A stretch of DNA of 63,927 nt, the filler included, from Octopus bimaculoides (lineage: Eukaryota): the NCBI RefSeq assembly GCF_001194135.2. It is 6 parts of 6 records of this genome, joined end to end, with 100 filler letters (N's around TTAATTAATTAA, not from the genome) between each part and the next. Parts side by side here need not be neighbours in the genome. Positions count along the whole stretch, not along the records: positions 6,745 to 15,283 come from NC_068986.1; positions 15,384 to 45,291 come from NC_068985.1; 4 more parts are not named here. One strand, 5' to 3'. A program made the position numbers and the translations under genes. Under the pieces are notes generated by a model that did not search any database, was not told the DNA's origin, and saw nothing but the letters and a program-made list of their open reading frames with translations. This document shows, piece after piece, positions 12,902-26,084 of this stretch. Numbering within the stretch: the stretch's first letter is position 1; each line of letters starts with the position of its first letter.

Positions 12902-14104
12902 GTATGTGTGTGTGTGAGAGAGAGAGAAAGAGCGTGCGTGTCTTCCGCATGTGTGTATGAATGTATTCATTTATATAAGTGCGTAAGACCCTCAACGCCC
13001 TCCATTGTGGATCCTTTGAATGCTGTTACTTCAGAAAAGTACAAGGAGCTGAAGACAACTCATGTGACAAATGAATCTATGCATCACTTAGTGTCACGAG
13101 CGAGATACTGCAGTCCACACAGCGGCAACAAGTAACCCTGACAGGCAACGTCCTTGATTTACAGTGAATTAAGGGGTCCATCTCTCGCAGTATCATTATC
13201 CTCACTAAGAAAGAGACAGGTTCTATAATAGAAGTAACTCAAGACGACTGAGATCTCCTCCTGTGAGCGAGTTGAGACGACAAAAACGATGCTGATTGGA
13301 AGCTGGGGATTTCGCACGGCCCAATGGACATTGAGCCTGCTTTTAGTAAATGTACTTATCGAGACTACAGCCAAAGAGACACACATGCACGCCAGAGCGT
13401 GCAGAAATATTTACATGGGGAGAGAAGAGAGAGGGGAAGAGAGAGGGGGAGAGAGAGGAGCGAGGGAGGGAGAAAATGAGAGAGAGAAAGAGAAAGAGAA
13501 AGAGATTATAGTTAGTTACTTGAACATAATTAACATAATCTATTTTTTCACTCCTCATACACATGCAGAGAATTCTAGACACACAGACAACAGACAGAGA
13601 CAGCCAGCCAGACAGAGAATGACATAGAAGAAGAGAGACAGACAGTCAGACAGGTAGACAAAATGAGAAGAAGAGAAACGTCAAATGTGAGAAAAATATA
13701 AACGGCAATTTAATGTCAAATATGTCAGCGCCGAATCAGTGACACCAATAGGCGACGCCGAAACAGCTGAGCCACAACGTCGCTTTCCCACCGGAAATCC
13801 AGTCTTTCGGAGACCACAACGTGTTTTTCTCCAAAAGTGTTCGTTCTTATGTTTTTTGTCTTCTTGGATCCACTCAGATACAGCTGTGCAGGGCTTGTAG
13901 AAATACCGACCGGATAAGATTCCTCATTAAATCTATAAGGTTCATTGCTGCTCTGAAATCTCCTGCTTGCTTAACCCTTGTCTTCATGGATGACCACGTT
14001 GCAGCTTGGCTTGGTAAGAAGCCGAAAAGCAAAGGGGATGTATGATTCCTGCATTAGACGCATCACATATATACATATATCTATATGCACATCACTCCCT
14101 TAAT

Positions 14105-14415
14105 TACGACAACGAGGGTTAGGGTTAGGGTTAGTAGAACAGAACAGCCTGCTCGTGAAATTAACGTGCAAGTGGCTGAGCACTCCACAGACACCCATAA
14201 CCTTAATATAATTCCAAGGGTAATTCAGCGTGAAACAAAGTGTGACAAGGTTGGTCCTTTGAAATACAGGTACTACTCATTTTTACGAGCTGAGTACACT
14301 GGAGCAACGTGAAATGAAGTATTTTGCTCAGGAACACAATGCTTCACCGAGAATTGAACTCACGACCTTACGATCATGAGCCGAATGCCCTAAATACTAA
14401 GCCACGCACCTTCAC
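14105..14415 (-). mobile_element. tRNA-derived SINE, family C, short-body variant (xTTGAGCAAxAC block)
   Basis: Head GTGGCTTAG...GAGTTCAATTC on the minus strand; tail CACGAGCAGGCTGTTC shared with 44219-44582. Confidence 0.8.
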
Positions 14416-14894
14416 ATGCACTTTCATCATACATACCTATATAACCAACGCTCACAATTGATGTAAATCTCGACCAGAAAGCTAAAAGAAAATAAATAAT
14501 AATAAAAGTGTCATGCTGTTAGGATGAATTCCTTTGTGATATTTTTTTCTGCACCGAGATAAGCAGCAATCTCTTGTCACTTAAGCGATTGTAAGCAAAG
14601 TAACTGGTTCCTCGGAAGTTTGTAACCAACTATGTCATTATTTATTACTTGTAATTAAAAATTAATAATTAAACATTAAAAAGTATGTCAACTCTCTGAG
14701 GTCTCAGTAAATAACATAAACAGCACCACACATAGCACAATAACAGCAACAATCATGTCAATAGCAACTGGAATAGTATAACAAGAACAAGAACAATGAA
14801 ATAAGTATTTTTATTTAACTTAAATGGCTTATATACTTATTATAATTTTGATTATCATCTTCATCATTATCATTATTATTACTATTATTATTAT

Positions 14895-15283
14895 TCAGTA
14901 GTTTTATTTTTATAACGTGCTTTCACTTCACTACCGAGCGCAGCTCTGTGCGCCTTGGGTATGTGCTGTGGTTTGCTGTGGTGCTCTTATGTTTACTGTA
15001 TTGAAAGTGTTTTGCGTAGGATGTGTGCAGTACCCAGTAGTGCAATTTTCTGTATGTTATATATATTTGTAAGTCCTGCTATTTTTGTTATGTATTTGTC
15101 TGAATATTTTTTTATTATACCTAAGGCACCTACTATGATAGGAATTGTTTCTGTTTTTAGATTCCACGTTCGAGTTATCTCTATTTCCAGGTCTTTGTAT
15201 TTTGAAAGTTTTTCCATTTGTTTTAGAGAAATGTTGTCATCTGCTGGTATTGATACATCAATTAGAAAGCATTTTTTTTCTTC
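14895..15283 (-). mobile_element. R4/Dong-clade non-LTR retrotransposon 3' end (restriction-like endonuclease C-terminus and 3' UTR)
   Basis: Open frame 15283-14993 EEKKCFLIDVSIPADDNISLKQMEKLSKYKDLEIEITRTWNLKTETIPIIVGALG...GTAHILRKTLSIQ* with IDV.IP and K..KY motifs; ends in (AAT)n. Confidence 0.85.
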
Positions 15284-15383
15284 NNNNNNNNNNNNNNNNN
15301 NNNNNNNNNNNNNNNNNNNNNNNNNNNTTAATTAATTAANNNNNNNNNNNNNNNNNNNNNNNNNNNNNNNNNNNNNNNNNNNN

Positions 15384-15431
<48 letters not shown>

Positions 15432-17047
15432 GTGTGCGTTTTTGTGTTAGCGTTTTCTGTGTGCATGTATTGTATATATGCAGCTATGTATTATGTATGC
15501 ATGTATGTGCGAGTGTATGAATATGTACTCGATTTTCCTATAATCACACTATCATTTTCCGTCAAGTATTCTTGTTAATCTCATATTCTAATTCCGTGTC
15601 ATTTTTCGATGCCGGATAAACAGATAACCGTTCTCGTTAATTTTCGCAGTGCAGGGTTTTGAATTATCCCTAACAATTATGCTGTCACAAAATAAACCAT
15701 AATCTCCAAGATCACAAGCGACCAGCCAAACACACAAAAGAGTATCAACAGAACAATTATCTGACAGGAATTGTCTCCACTGCACACGTATGAATGTGTG
15801 TTTGTTTGGTTGTTTGGTTGAGTGAATAAATAATATTCAGCTGGTCACGAAATTGCTGGGAAAAAATATTGTGAAAGGAGAATTCTCCGTAAGCAATTGG
15901 TAAGCAATTGAAGCACCATTAATATCAGAGAGCCTTCTAAGTAAATACTTTAATCATATATTCACCGCGGTCGATTCTATGGTAGTGTAGACCTCCGGCG
16001 TATTTCGTCCCCGGACCACATCCCTGCTCACCGCAATCAGGGCGGAGATGGCTACCCGTAAGCGCGAGCCCATCAGAGTTGTTGTTTCAATGTACCTCCC
16101 TTGCCATTCTCCGGGGGTGATGCTTTTTCTGTTTTATCTGCTGAGAGAAAGAGGAAAGGTATGATGATTAAGGCAAGGCCGTTCATCAATTTTAGAAAAC
16201 AATTTCATTAAGTTTTACGAGAGAAACGCAGAACTAAACAGAACGACTCAAGCTCATATCGAATGATTTGTTACGTATAAACGTGCACCTTATAGTTGTA
16301 AACACTATTGACTGGCAAAATACTACGGTTTCCCAGTTTTTTCCCCCGCTGACATAAGTTCTTATATCTCTGTCTTCTCTATCGCTGGTCATGTTCCACT
16401 TCTTAATGATACATCTCTCCTCTTCTTTGCTCCCAGCCTCCCTAGAACTTCTTACTTATCACTACATCCAGTCTTTCCTCCACAGAACATTTTTCTCTCG
16501 AAATCTTTCCCTGCTCATAGCTTTCAAGAAAGTGTCGAATTGTAATAGTTTAAACGTAACAGGAACCAACTCAATCTAACGGGAAGAGAGCAGGAAAAAA
16601 CGCATTAATGCTCATGAAAAGTAAAACATTTTCTCATAAATATTTGCAATTCTGGAACTGAAATCTTTCACGAAATTTTCTGTGACATAAAAATTTTTTC
16701 GACGTTAATTCAAAGATTTCTTTACATACACAAGAGAAATGCATTCTGCAGAATGGCGTTGCTCACATATGTCTCGTGTTACACTTATGACGCACACAGA
16801 TAACTCCACCTACACATACACATACATATATGCATATATCAATATCGGCACAGTAAATTCTTATTACATGACAGAAATTAATATAATCCTTGAACAAGGC
16901 GGCCAACTGGCAGCATGATTAACATGCCGGACAAAATATGTAACGCCATTCCGTCCGTCTTTACGTCCTGACTTCAACTAATTTATTGGGGCAGGCTACT
17001 TGATCGAATATACTCAAGTATTAGTAATGTATATTGTAGTAATAATG

Positions 17048-17261
17048 GCTTCAAATTTTGGAACAAGGCCATCAGTTCTAGGGGGAGGCGGGTAAGTCGA
17101 TTGCATCGATTCCAGTTCGCAACTGGTACTTGTTTTATCGACCCCAAAAGAATGAAAGGCAAAGTTAACTTTGGCGGAATTTGAACTCAGAAATGTAAGG
17201 ACGAGCGAAATGCCGCTAAGCATTCTGCTCGGTGTGCTAACGTTTCTGCCAGTTCGCCGCC
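17048..17261 (-). mobile_element. Family A SINE (a plus-strand head fragment lies at ~16898-16980)
   Basis: Consensus motifs on the minus strand. Confidence 0.85.
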
Positions 17262-17399
17262 TTATAATCGTTTCTACTCTAGGCACAAAGCGCGAAATTT
17301 TCCACCATATTCATTTATTTATCCTAAAAACTAAAACAAATTCTATGCACAAGAGAGAACAAAGCGCTCCAAGCACGCCGTCCCGACGTATACTATAAT

Positions 17400-18790
17400 T
17401 AACAACGGAGCAATACAATAAACTACTAAATTTGAAATATGTGGCAGAGTTAAACGCCTAATAATCCACAATCCATATCGACCCTTGAAGGACTACGGCG
17501 AAAACGTTTTACCCGATTTGTAATATAGACTAATATAATCCATGAGAAATAAAGTGGATACGGTCGACAAAAGCATCGTCGCCTCTATAAATTTTAAGAG
17601 TGGAAAACTCATAAAATAGTCGTGAAAGAAGTACAACAAAGTTACAAGTAGTTTACTCGCAACGAAAATAAAGCACGTTGAGGCTTTATTCTGTTCTACG
17701 TGGTAGAGTGTTTTGAATTTAGGAAAATATTTCGTAGCGTTGTTGTTACTGGCCCCAGTACTAAAATGAATACTGGAAAGATTTTTGTGGCTTCATGTTG
17801 ACTCGCTCGCATTTCATATTTTGGACACTGTTGAAAAGAACCCTCCTTTCTTAGTACTATACAGGAAAGATGAGCTGATATTTAGAACGTCCAAGATGTG
17901 GCTAAATTTAGGAAAAATATTACTAGGCATATGTAAGGAATTTGAGCTTTTATTAAATAACATGCGGACTGTCCTGTCATAGACGACAGTGAGGATTCTG
18001 TACTTTCTTACTGGACAACCCGCACAGATGATTTGTTTAAAGTGATCAAATGTTTGAGCAGCACATTAGCTCACTTCATCTATCAAATAGACATTGATTG
18101 TACAGGTGCACGGTCTGATAACAGAATAACGTAAAATGAAGTGTTTTGCTCAAGAACACAACGCACTGCCAGGACCAGGAATCGAATCCTTGATATTGTG
18201 AACGGGAATGCAGCACCCTAACCTCTAGGTCACAAGTTTTTGAGATCATCTTAAGCATCAATTTAGAAATCATCTGTTTTAGGTAACATTTAGAATTTAA
18301 TTTTAGGCAAATATTACCTTTCCAAATGAAGAATTCCAAATGAAGAATTTCAAATGAAGATATAAGCAACATCCTATGCTGCCAATAGAAAACTATAAGT
18401 AACAAAACTAAGAGAATATCCAATATATTCTTCATTGGAGGCAGCTTGAATGTGACCGCACCCAACACAATTACGAATTAGAAATAGATGCAAAGATGCA
18501 GAGAGCAGCAGAAATAGAAGACATGTAAACTAAGTTAACATTCTTCTTAGGGAATGTTCGTAGTAACCAATATAGTCAGGAGTTTCCGGTTCTTGATTAG
18601 AAAACAGATTCCCACTACTCATAAATATCAAATACTTTTTAATAACGATGATGCTAAAGTTGCCTGCAGTTAATTACAAAGAATCGCATTCCAAATTAAC
18701 CTCTATATCAAAAACCACAGAAATAAACACCTTCAATGCAACCAGGAAAATAGGTCAAGACTTACCATCTTAACGGCAAATCTTTTGCAT
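17400..18790 (+). pseudogene. Decayed Penelope-like retroelement coding remnants, interrupted by a SINE
   Basis: LKDYGENV..YRLI.NP resembles LKDHKENF..CRLINP (17480-17560). VTNIVRSFRFLIRKQIPTTHKYQILFNNDDAKVACS resembles TNIGK.FL.LI.KHFP..HK...IFN...VKVSYS (18560-18670). Confidence 0.55.
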
Positions 18791-18825
18791 ATAAAACGAA
18801 AGTAACACGTGCAGATATTCTTTTC

Positions 18826-19030
18826 TTTTCTACTCTAGGCACAAGGCCTGAAATTTTGGGGGAGGGGGGGCCAGTCGATTAGATCGACCCTAGCACGAAA
18901 CTGGTACTTAATTTGTCGACCCCCGAAAGGATGAAATGCAAAGTTGACCTCGGCGGAATTTGAACTCAGAACGTAAAGACGACGAAATACCAATTTCTTT
19001 ATTACCCACCGGGGGCTATACAAAGAATGG
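18826..19030 (-). mobile_element. Family A SINE composite
   Basis: Consensus body and tail joined to the tail of an upstream unit. Confidence 0.8.
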
Positions 19031-19102
19031 GACAAAACAACTGATTGAGGTCAGTAACACGTTATGATATTACATAAATATGAATATACANNNNNNNNNN
19101 AC

Positions 19103-19209
19103 CTCCTCCATATCCAGCTTGATCAATTTGGTTTCCAGCGGCACTGGCTTCTTCGCCGCGGTGGCCTTGGCGTAGCTCTCCATACTGGAGACACTACCAC
19201 TCGCCACAG
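19103..19209 (-). CDS. Candidate 107-bp exon or start of a non-LTR ORF1: (A)VASGSVSSMESYAKATAAKKPVPLETKLIKLDMEE
   Basis: GC-rich open frame bounded by TTTTTTTCCCCCCAG and GT, abutting a gap; product not recognised. Confidence 0.4.
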
Positions 19210-19799
19210 CTGGGGGGAAAAAAACAACGGCTCGCGTGAAACGTAACAACAATAATTCCACAAAAACATCACAATTATTCACAGAGACAACTTACAGTAA
19301 TTCACGGAGACGTTATACTGTTAAGCAGTTCGCCCGGCGTGCTAACGTTTCTACCAGCTCGCCGCCCTGGTATTTTAGAATATTAAAAGAAAGTGGTATC
19401 ATCAGCATTCGTAAAGCTGGGACATTTTAAACATAATCCAACGGATGGAAGAGATGCACAAAATGTTTTTTATGAAGAAATACAATATCGTAATCCATCA
19501 TTTCAATATTTTAGATATGAAGTCAAAATTCTGCTCAAGTGTAAGCATATGAAGAAATACCAAATAAAACCGTTATTCAACAAGCAGCTACCCTGAACCC
19601 CGACCACTACAAACTAATGAGGGGAATTATTCAACAATGCCATCCGCAAAAGATAACAAGTTGCCCAAGTTGTTAATGATGCCGTACTCCAATTAACATT
19701 ACAAAACCAATTAGTAAATATTCTACCGTAAAGATAATAAAATATTCATCCATGACTGATGCTGTTATAATTATACTTGCAAGTTTGGCAGACAATTGT

Positions 19800-20290
19800 G
19801 GACGTGTTTCCCTTTTAAATATAATAACACGTCATAATAATTCTTCGTGTATACTGGAATCCCAGAAAGATAATTCGTAGTAATTTATTCTCTAAAGTTC
19901 ACCAATGTCACGCATCGCTGTCTACGGTGCTCTCATTTATTTTGGAGTCCTGTTAACAGTCAATTCTTTGAATTTGCATATTCTTGTTGTCTTACTTCGT
20001 TAGTAGCAGCCAGAGTCTACTTCGAATCAGACTAACATTCATCTTGCGAAGATTTGGAACAGTACGAAAGATTGTAAACACGTTCGGTTCAGGACGTCTT
20101 GAATATAAATCGAACTACCATCATGCAAATCACTCTTTCTTGCATAAACATATCTGATTAGTATATTCAGTGTTGGCTGAAATCTATAGATATATTCTGT
20201 AGCACACTATAGCGATGATACATGCGCTGTCATTGCATCTGCAATCAATTATTTCAGCTGGCTGTTATGAATGCGTTTTATATGCAAAGC
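19800..20290 (-). pseudogene. Decayed RTE-clade reverse transcriptase remnant
   Basis: ADAM..LNI, ERVYNLSYCS..D, S.DA(W)TL, LENKLLRII resemble YADD..L.IN, E.V..F.YLGS, GSE.WTL, FE.K.LR.I. Confidence 0.4.
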
Positions 20291-20327
20291 TTGACTCTCC
20301 AGTCTATTTAATTCTTAAGTAATAGGA

Positions 20328-20545
20328 AGGCTTAGTGGTTAGGGTATTCAGCTCACGACCTTACGATCGTGAGTTCAATTCCCGGCGACGCATTGTGTTC
20401 TTGAGCAAGACTCTTTATTGCAGTTTACTCCAGCCCACTGAGCTGGCAAAAATGAGTAGTACGTGTATTTCGAAGGGTTAGCCTTGCCACATTCTCTGTC
20501 ACGCTGAATCTCTCCGACAACTACGTTAAGTGTACACGTGCCTGT
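20328..20545 (+). mobile_element. Family C SINE, short-body variant
   Basis: GGCTTAGTGGTTAGGG...GAGTTCAATTCCC, TTGTGTTCTTGAGCAAGAC, then family tail. Confidence 0.8.
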
Positions 20546-21436
20546 GGAGTGCTATATATTGTACTGATCCGCGATAGAAAATTCAACAACAAAAATGGAA
20601 GGAAGGAAGGAAGGAAGGAAGACAGTATCAGAAAAATACGATGAGAAAGAATTCAAAGACTGAACTTTACCCGGTTTTTTTTTCTCTTTTATTTCATTTC
20701 ACTATCAATAAATACGAGATCATGTCACATTCTTCAGAGACTGTTTTTATTTTCTCTTCTTTTACTACAGACATGCCACTTCACTTTTTCCAGTTTAAAC
20801 TACTTTCACTCGACTGAAATTTTTTTAGCTATCTCTTTCCAAACAGAATATAAATAAAATGCTAAACAAGGACAGTTTTATTTATCAACCACCCTATAAA
20901 TCAATATTACTTAAGTTGTGAGACAAGTGTGTTGAAAAACACGGGGCGTTGTTTATATACATATATTTGTCGGTATTAGCAATTAAATGAACTATGATAT
21001 ATGGAAACCGATTTGATAAAGCATTCAACTACACAATATGCGTTATGTTTCTCTAATGCTTCTCAGCAATGAGATTTATGTGTGTTACGGAAGTTAAGAG
21101 GCAGCTACTTCTTTCTGTTTTCTTGTTCTATTCAATCTGTAATCAGTAATAACTCTAACTAAATATTAACCATAACTATAACACAGAAATCTTTGTTACC
21201 TCGTCTAACATATCATTTGTTTACCTTTTGGTAAATGCTAATTTCTTACGAGTTAAGTTAGTGGCTTCAAAGTCGTCGCTCGATCTGCTAAATATATCAA
21301 CCAAATCTCCCTCACATCACACATGTTGTCGTCATACAATGACAAACATATAACGTGGTTTTAGATAGAGAAAATGAGATGATGGCGCTGACTAGAGCAC
21401 ATTCGCTAACGACTCTGCTAGCTCGCTGCCTTTACA

Positions 21437-21552
<116 letters not shown>

Positions 21553-22050
21553 CTTTTCTACTCTAGGCACAAGGCCCGAAATTTTGGGTGAATGGGGTCA
21601 GTCGGTTAGCTCGATCCCAGTACGCAACTGGTACTTAATTGATCGACTCCGAAAGGATGAAAGGCAAAGTCAACCTCAACAAAATTTGAATTCAGAACGT
21701 GGCGACGGACGAAATACCGCTAAGCAGGTTACCAGCTCGCCGCCTTTACAATAATGGTGATGATGATGATGATGATAACGGTTTCAAATTTAGGCACAAG
21801 GCCAGCAATTGTGGGAGAGGTCTAAGTCGATTACATTGATCTCATAATACTGTTTACTATTGACACAAGGCCTGAAATTTTGGGGGAATGACTAATCGAT
21901 TATATCGACCTCAGTGTTCGATTGGTACTTATTTTATCGATCCCGAAAGGACGAAAGGTAAAGTCGACCTCGGTGGCATTTGAACTCGGAACCTAAAGAC
22001 GGACGAAATGTCTCTAAGCATTTTCTCTGGCGTGCAAGCAATTCTGCCAG
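21553..22050 (-). mobile_element. Two to three family A SINE copies or fragments
   Basis: Consensus motifs at 21553-21745, ~21780-21845 and ~21860-22050. Confidence 0.8.
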
Positions 22051-25000
22051 ATCGCTATCTTAATAATAAATTTAATAAGAAATAACTGTAAGATACAAAA
22101 ATCTAATGAACTTTCGTACGAGTTATAATGAAAGAAAAGGTAACGCGAATGTAACAAAACACGTTTACATATTACGAATGGTGAGAATAGTGACATTATA
22201 TCATAAAAGATAGGAAGTATTAAGAATTCTGAATTATACGCGAGCACACGCACTCATACGCATGCAAACATGTGCACACATCTATAAACATACATACATA
22301 TTACAGATGCGTTTATATACGCATGCATGTATATGCATGTATATGCACACATCCACCACACATATATATACACATATATAAATACATGTACATGCACATA
22401 CACACATCTTTGCAAGGAAATAAATGATATACAGTAAAATAGATAGTTATGAAAACAAGATATAATTGAAACGAATAAAACATGAAAGATTACTTGCATT
22501 CCGTGACACTGTTTAACAACTCTTAAATTGGGTTTGAGTGCATCCAAATGTACCACTCAGCATTTTCGGACGTTTAATGTTAAAAATACCAGCATGCTGA
22601 AAGTATTTTCTTCACTGGGATGTTTTAATTTTGATTTTACTAGCAATCTGTCATTTCCATGTTTATTTTCTGAACTTAATAGTTTTTGCGTCTTTACAAC
22701 ATCTGCAGAAAATCAGAGGCATAAGAAATTCGTGAATTTGTCTATTAATTGTTTGTCTGGGATTTCAAAATNNNNNNNNNNNNNNNNNNNNNNNNNNNNN
22801 NNNNNNNNNNNNNNNNNNNNNNNNNNNNNNNNNNNNNNNNNNNNNNNNNNNNNNNNNNNNNNNNNNNNNNNNNNNNNNNNNNNNNNNNNNNNNNNNNNNN
22901 NNNNNNNNNNNNNNNNNNNNNNNNNNNNNNNNNNNNNNNNNNNNNNNNNNNNNNNNNNNNNNNNNNNNNNNNNNNNNNNNNNNNNNNNNNNNNNNNNNNN
23001 NNNNNNNNNNNNNNNNNNNNNNNNNNNNNNNNNNNNNNNNNNNNNNNNNNNNNNNNNNNNNNNNNNNNNNNNNNNNNNNNNNNNNNNNNNNNNNNNNNNN
23101 NNNNNNNNNNNNNNNNATATGTCAGAGCTTTTCTTATACGGCCCCTCGATGGCACAGAAAAAAGCTGTTTCTCTTCAGTGAAGCAAAGTTACGTTACTTT
23201 TCTACATGATCCCTTCTGAATAAATTTTGCAGGACAAGAAATGTAATCATTGATAATGAAATCTTATCACCGATCCATTTAAGTAGGACTGGGCATTTTC
23301 TTTCTGTTTTTTTTATCTAAATTTCAATGCCGAGTGTAATTTTAGTAAAACTATCCTCATATGTGCATAATAAAAGTTGTGTGTCTAGAAGTGAGCGGCA
23401 GTGTCGTACCCGCAGTCGAGTTTCTGAAAATACTAAAAAATAACTAATTTTTCGAAATCATGAGTGACCAGCTGCAAAAAAGACCTGTCTATGCGTTCAC
23501 GCCCACAAGGATGATCCCATTCATTTTTTGTAGGCATTTAATCGTTGAATAACTATAATATCGAATCAAATGTTACCAAAGGGCTAGTTCAATACGTGCA
23601 ATAAAATGTGATAAAATTGAATAAAATATGGCTTGCTTCGTAAAATATGGTTATGCAACACTGTATCTAAAAACATTCCATCCAGTTTTTGGCAGAAGAA
23701 GTAATATGAAATAATATCAAATTAAGATTAAATTAAACAAACAAGGACTGTCCAAAATATTTATTAAATCTTATCTGTTTGTTTCTTCTAAACGGTGATA
23801 AGAATTAATTAAGTACACCTCACTTTGTCAACAAGATTACCGGTCAGGACAGGTACAAAAAAAAAGAAGCTAAGAATTTTGTGGGAAGGGAACATTTGTA
23901 CTATTTTGGCATTTTATCAATTTCGGTGGAATCTGAAATTCAAAACATAAATGCTTTTCCTGCTCTCAAAAGATTCTAACATCTATCGACGCCATCCTCC
24001 TGCTAGAGAATATGATTAGTCATCGCTTTAGTGAACTGCAGTATATTACACGTAAATGCAATTTGATTTTATTGGAATGAGAGCTTGGAATATAGAAAAA
24101 CGTAACAATATGTGATTCACATTTCCTAAATCAGGAGTGTTAAGCATACAGCCCGCAGTCGTTTGAGTCTAACCTGCAGGTCAATTTTATTTTAAAAATA
24201 CTAACTTTCGACTTTAAAATATATGCCGTTAGGAGGAGTTCAGAGTCAGATCCCGACTAGACAAGCAATTAACTCTGGTTCTGATTAATCAAATCCCCGA
24301 GTACTTCTGGAAATTTATCTCAACCTATGAAAAAAGGATACCATGGGTCTATTGAATCTAATATTATATGAACTATTTCTTCTTCACTTTCTCAATAAAC
24401 TCTGCGCAAAATGGAAGTTAGGGGTGAAGGAGGGTGGTATTTTATTTGTGTATTTATTTATTTTTCTATTTCGAATTGTTTCTCAAGTAAATTCTAATGT
24501 TATGAATAAGGTAGAAAGGTCTTGCAGTTGATTCAATGCAAACAGCTGAAAGGAGATTTTTTTTTACAGTAAAATCGACCAAATTCCATTACTATTATTG
24601 GATGTAGATATTCAGAAAATAGCGATTTTAAAGAGAACTCTAGTGAATGAAGAAGTAGATGAGACGTTTCTATCGTAACTCACAATCGGTGGAGTGAAAT
24701 GTACTTCTAAGAATTGCTTTCAATAAATGTTATTATTGTTCTATGGATTATTTTACCTAACCTCATTATGTCAAAGTAAAGGAAAGTGAAAGCTGAATGC
24801 AGAATAGTGCCAAAATAATAATAAATAGACATATGTACCGAATTGGCATGTAAAATAAACTGCCTGGTTTGCAGTAAAATAATATCTGTTATAAGACTTC
24901 AGTGTGTAACACTATAACACATTGCATGAAAATTTGAAAACTTCAAAGTTAGAAGTGGTTGGGGGCATTGAAAACTCGCCCAATCCTGACATATGTGAGA

Positions 25001-25172
25001 GCTGAGGCGTTTGTTGGTTAGCTGGAATAACCTGATGGGAGAGTGGCTGATGCCAATAAAAGTATATTTACATTTAATATATTTATATGCTTCATGTTGC
25101 TCTACTGTTGTCTCCTACAATTTACGTATCAAACGTATATTTTTTTTAATGGTGTGAGACATTCTTCGTTAC

Positions 25173-25513
25173 AAAAAAATATCTGTTCTATATTTAAAAG
25201 ATGAGGAATTATGTACATTATTTACATTATTTATATTTGACGGATATTTGTCCTCATCTTGTTTGTTGTTAACACAACGTTTCGGCTGATATACCCTCCA
25301 GCCTTCATCAGGTGACTTGGGGAAATTTCGAACCTGGATTCTCATTCCTAAGGTATTTTTCGATGTTGTTATTATTACTATTATTAAGGTCACTGTCTGG
25401 AATCGAACTCGGAATCTTGGTGGATAGTAGCCCGCGCTCTTAACCGCTACGACAAATATCCGTCAAATATAAATAATGTAAATAATGTAAATAATGAAAA
25501 AAATATCTGTTCT
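25173..25513 (-). mobile_element. tRNA-headed, hammerhead-bearing retroelement, copy 1, with inverted 5' duplication and 17-bp flanking direct repeat
   Basis: tRNA-like head 25386-25453; hammerhead motif 25271-25316; inverted copy of the tail ~25451-25496; AAAAAAATATCTGTTCT at 25173-25189 and 25497-25513. Confidence 0.8.
25271..25316 (-). ncRNA. Minimal type I hammerhead ribozyme motif (Penelope type)
   Basis: GUCAC CUGAUGA A GGCUG gaggguauau CAGCC GAAA CG UU GUGUU; stem I has 3 bp here, stem II 5 bp, palindromic ACGU at stem III. Confidence 0.6.
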
Positions 25514-26084
25514 GAATTGAGTACAATTTGGACGTCCTATGTCTAGAACGCAAACATGTTACCTCCATCGCAGTTACGTAAATGCCATATGGAATACAGA
25601 AATGTTTTTTAGTTCAATAAAGGTGTTTCTAATGCTGCTAATTTTCTGCTGCATCATTGATCCATTTTTTTTCCACGCGCGTGCGCATGTGTGTCTTGTT
25701 TACACAGTCTAATGAGGTATGTGAAATATTTATCGTTAAATGTGTTTTATTCAGACTATTGACATAGGGAAAGAAAATAGCAAAGGTTTTTCTCGTTTTT
25801 AATCATTGTTATTTTTGTTGACATTGTTATATTTCCTTTGAATTAATACAATAATATTATTTTTGTCTTGAATATTTCTAAATGAGATCTTTGGTAATGT
25901 CTGTGTGTTTGTGTTGTAAATTTTGTGAGATAAGTTGCTTTATATGTATTTTAGAGACTGTTCTCTCCAAATTCGTGGTTTTTGTCGTTCTCTGGTGGCG
26001 TCTATGCTTCAGTAAGAGAAAGTTTTCGACACCATTCAATCCTGCTAGAGATGTTCCTTTCTTTTTAGCATATCATATTGGCTT

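Noticed and set aside
25386-25453. tRNA genes at SINE heads (here, 35377-35443, 44510-44582, 53863-53935 and others)
   Set aside because: A/B boxes are present, but acceptor stems are incomplete and each is fused to a repeat body.
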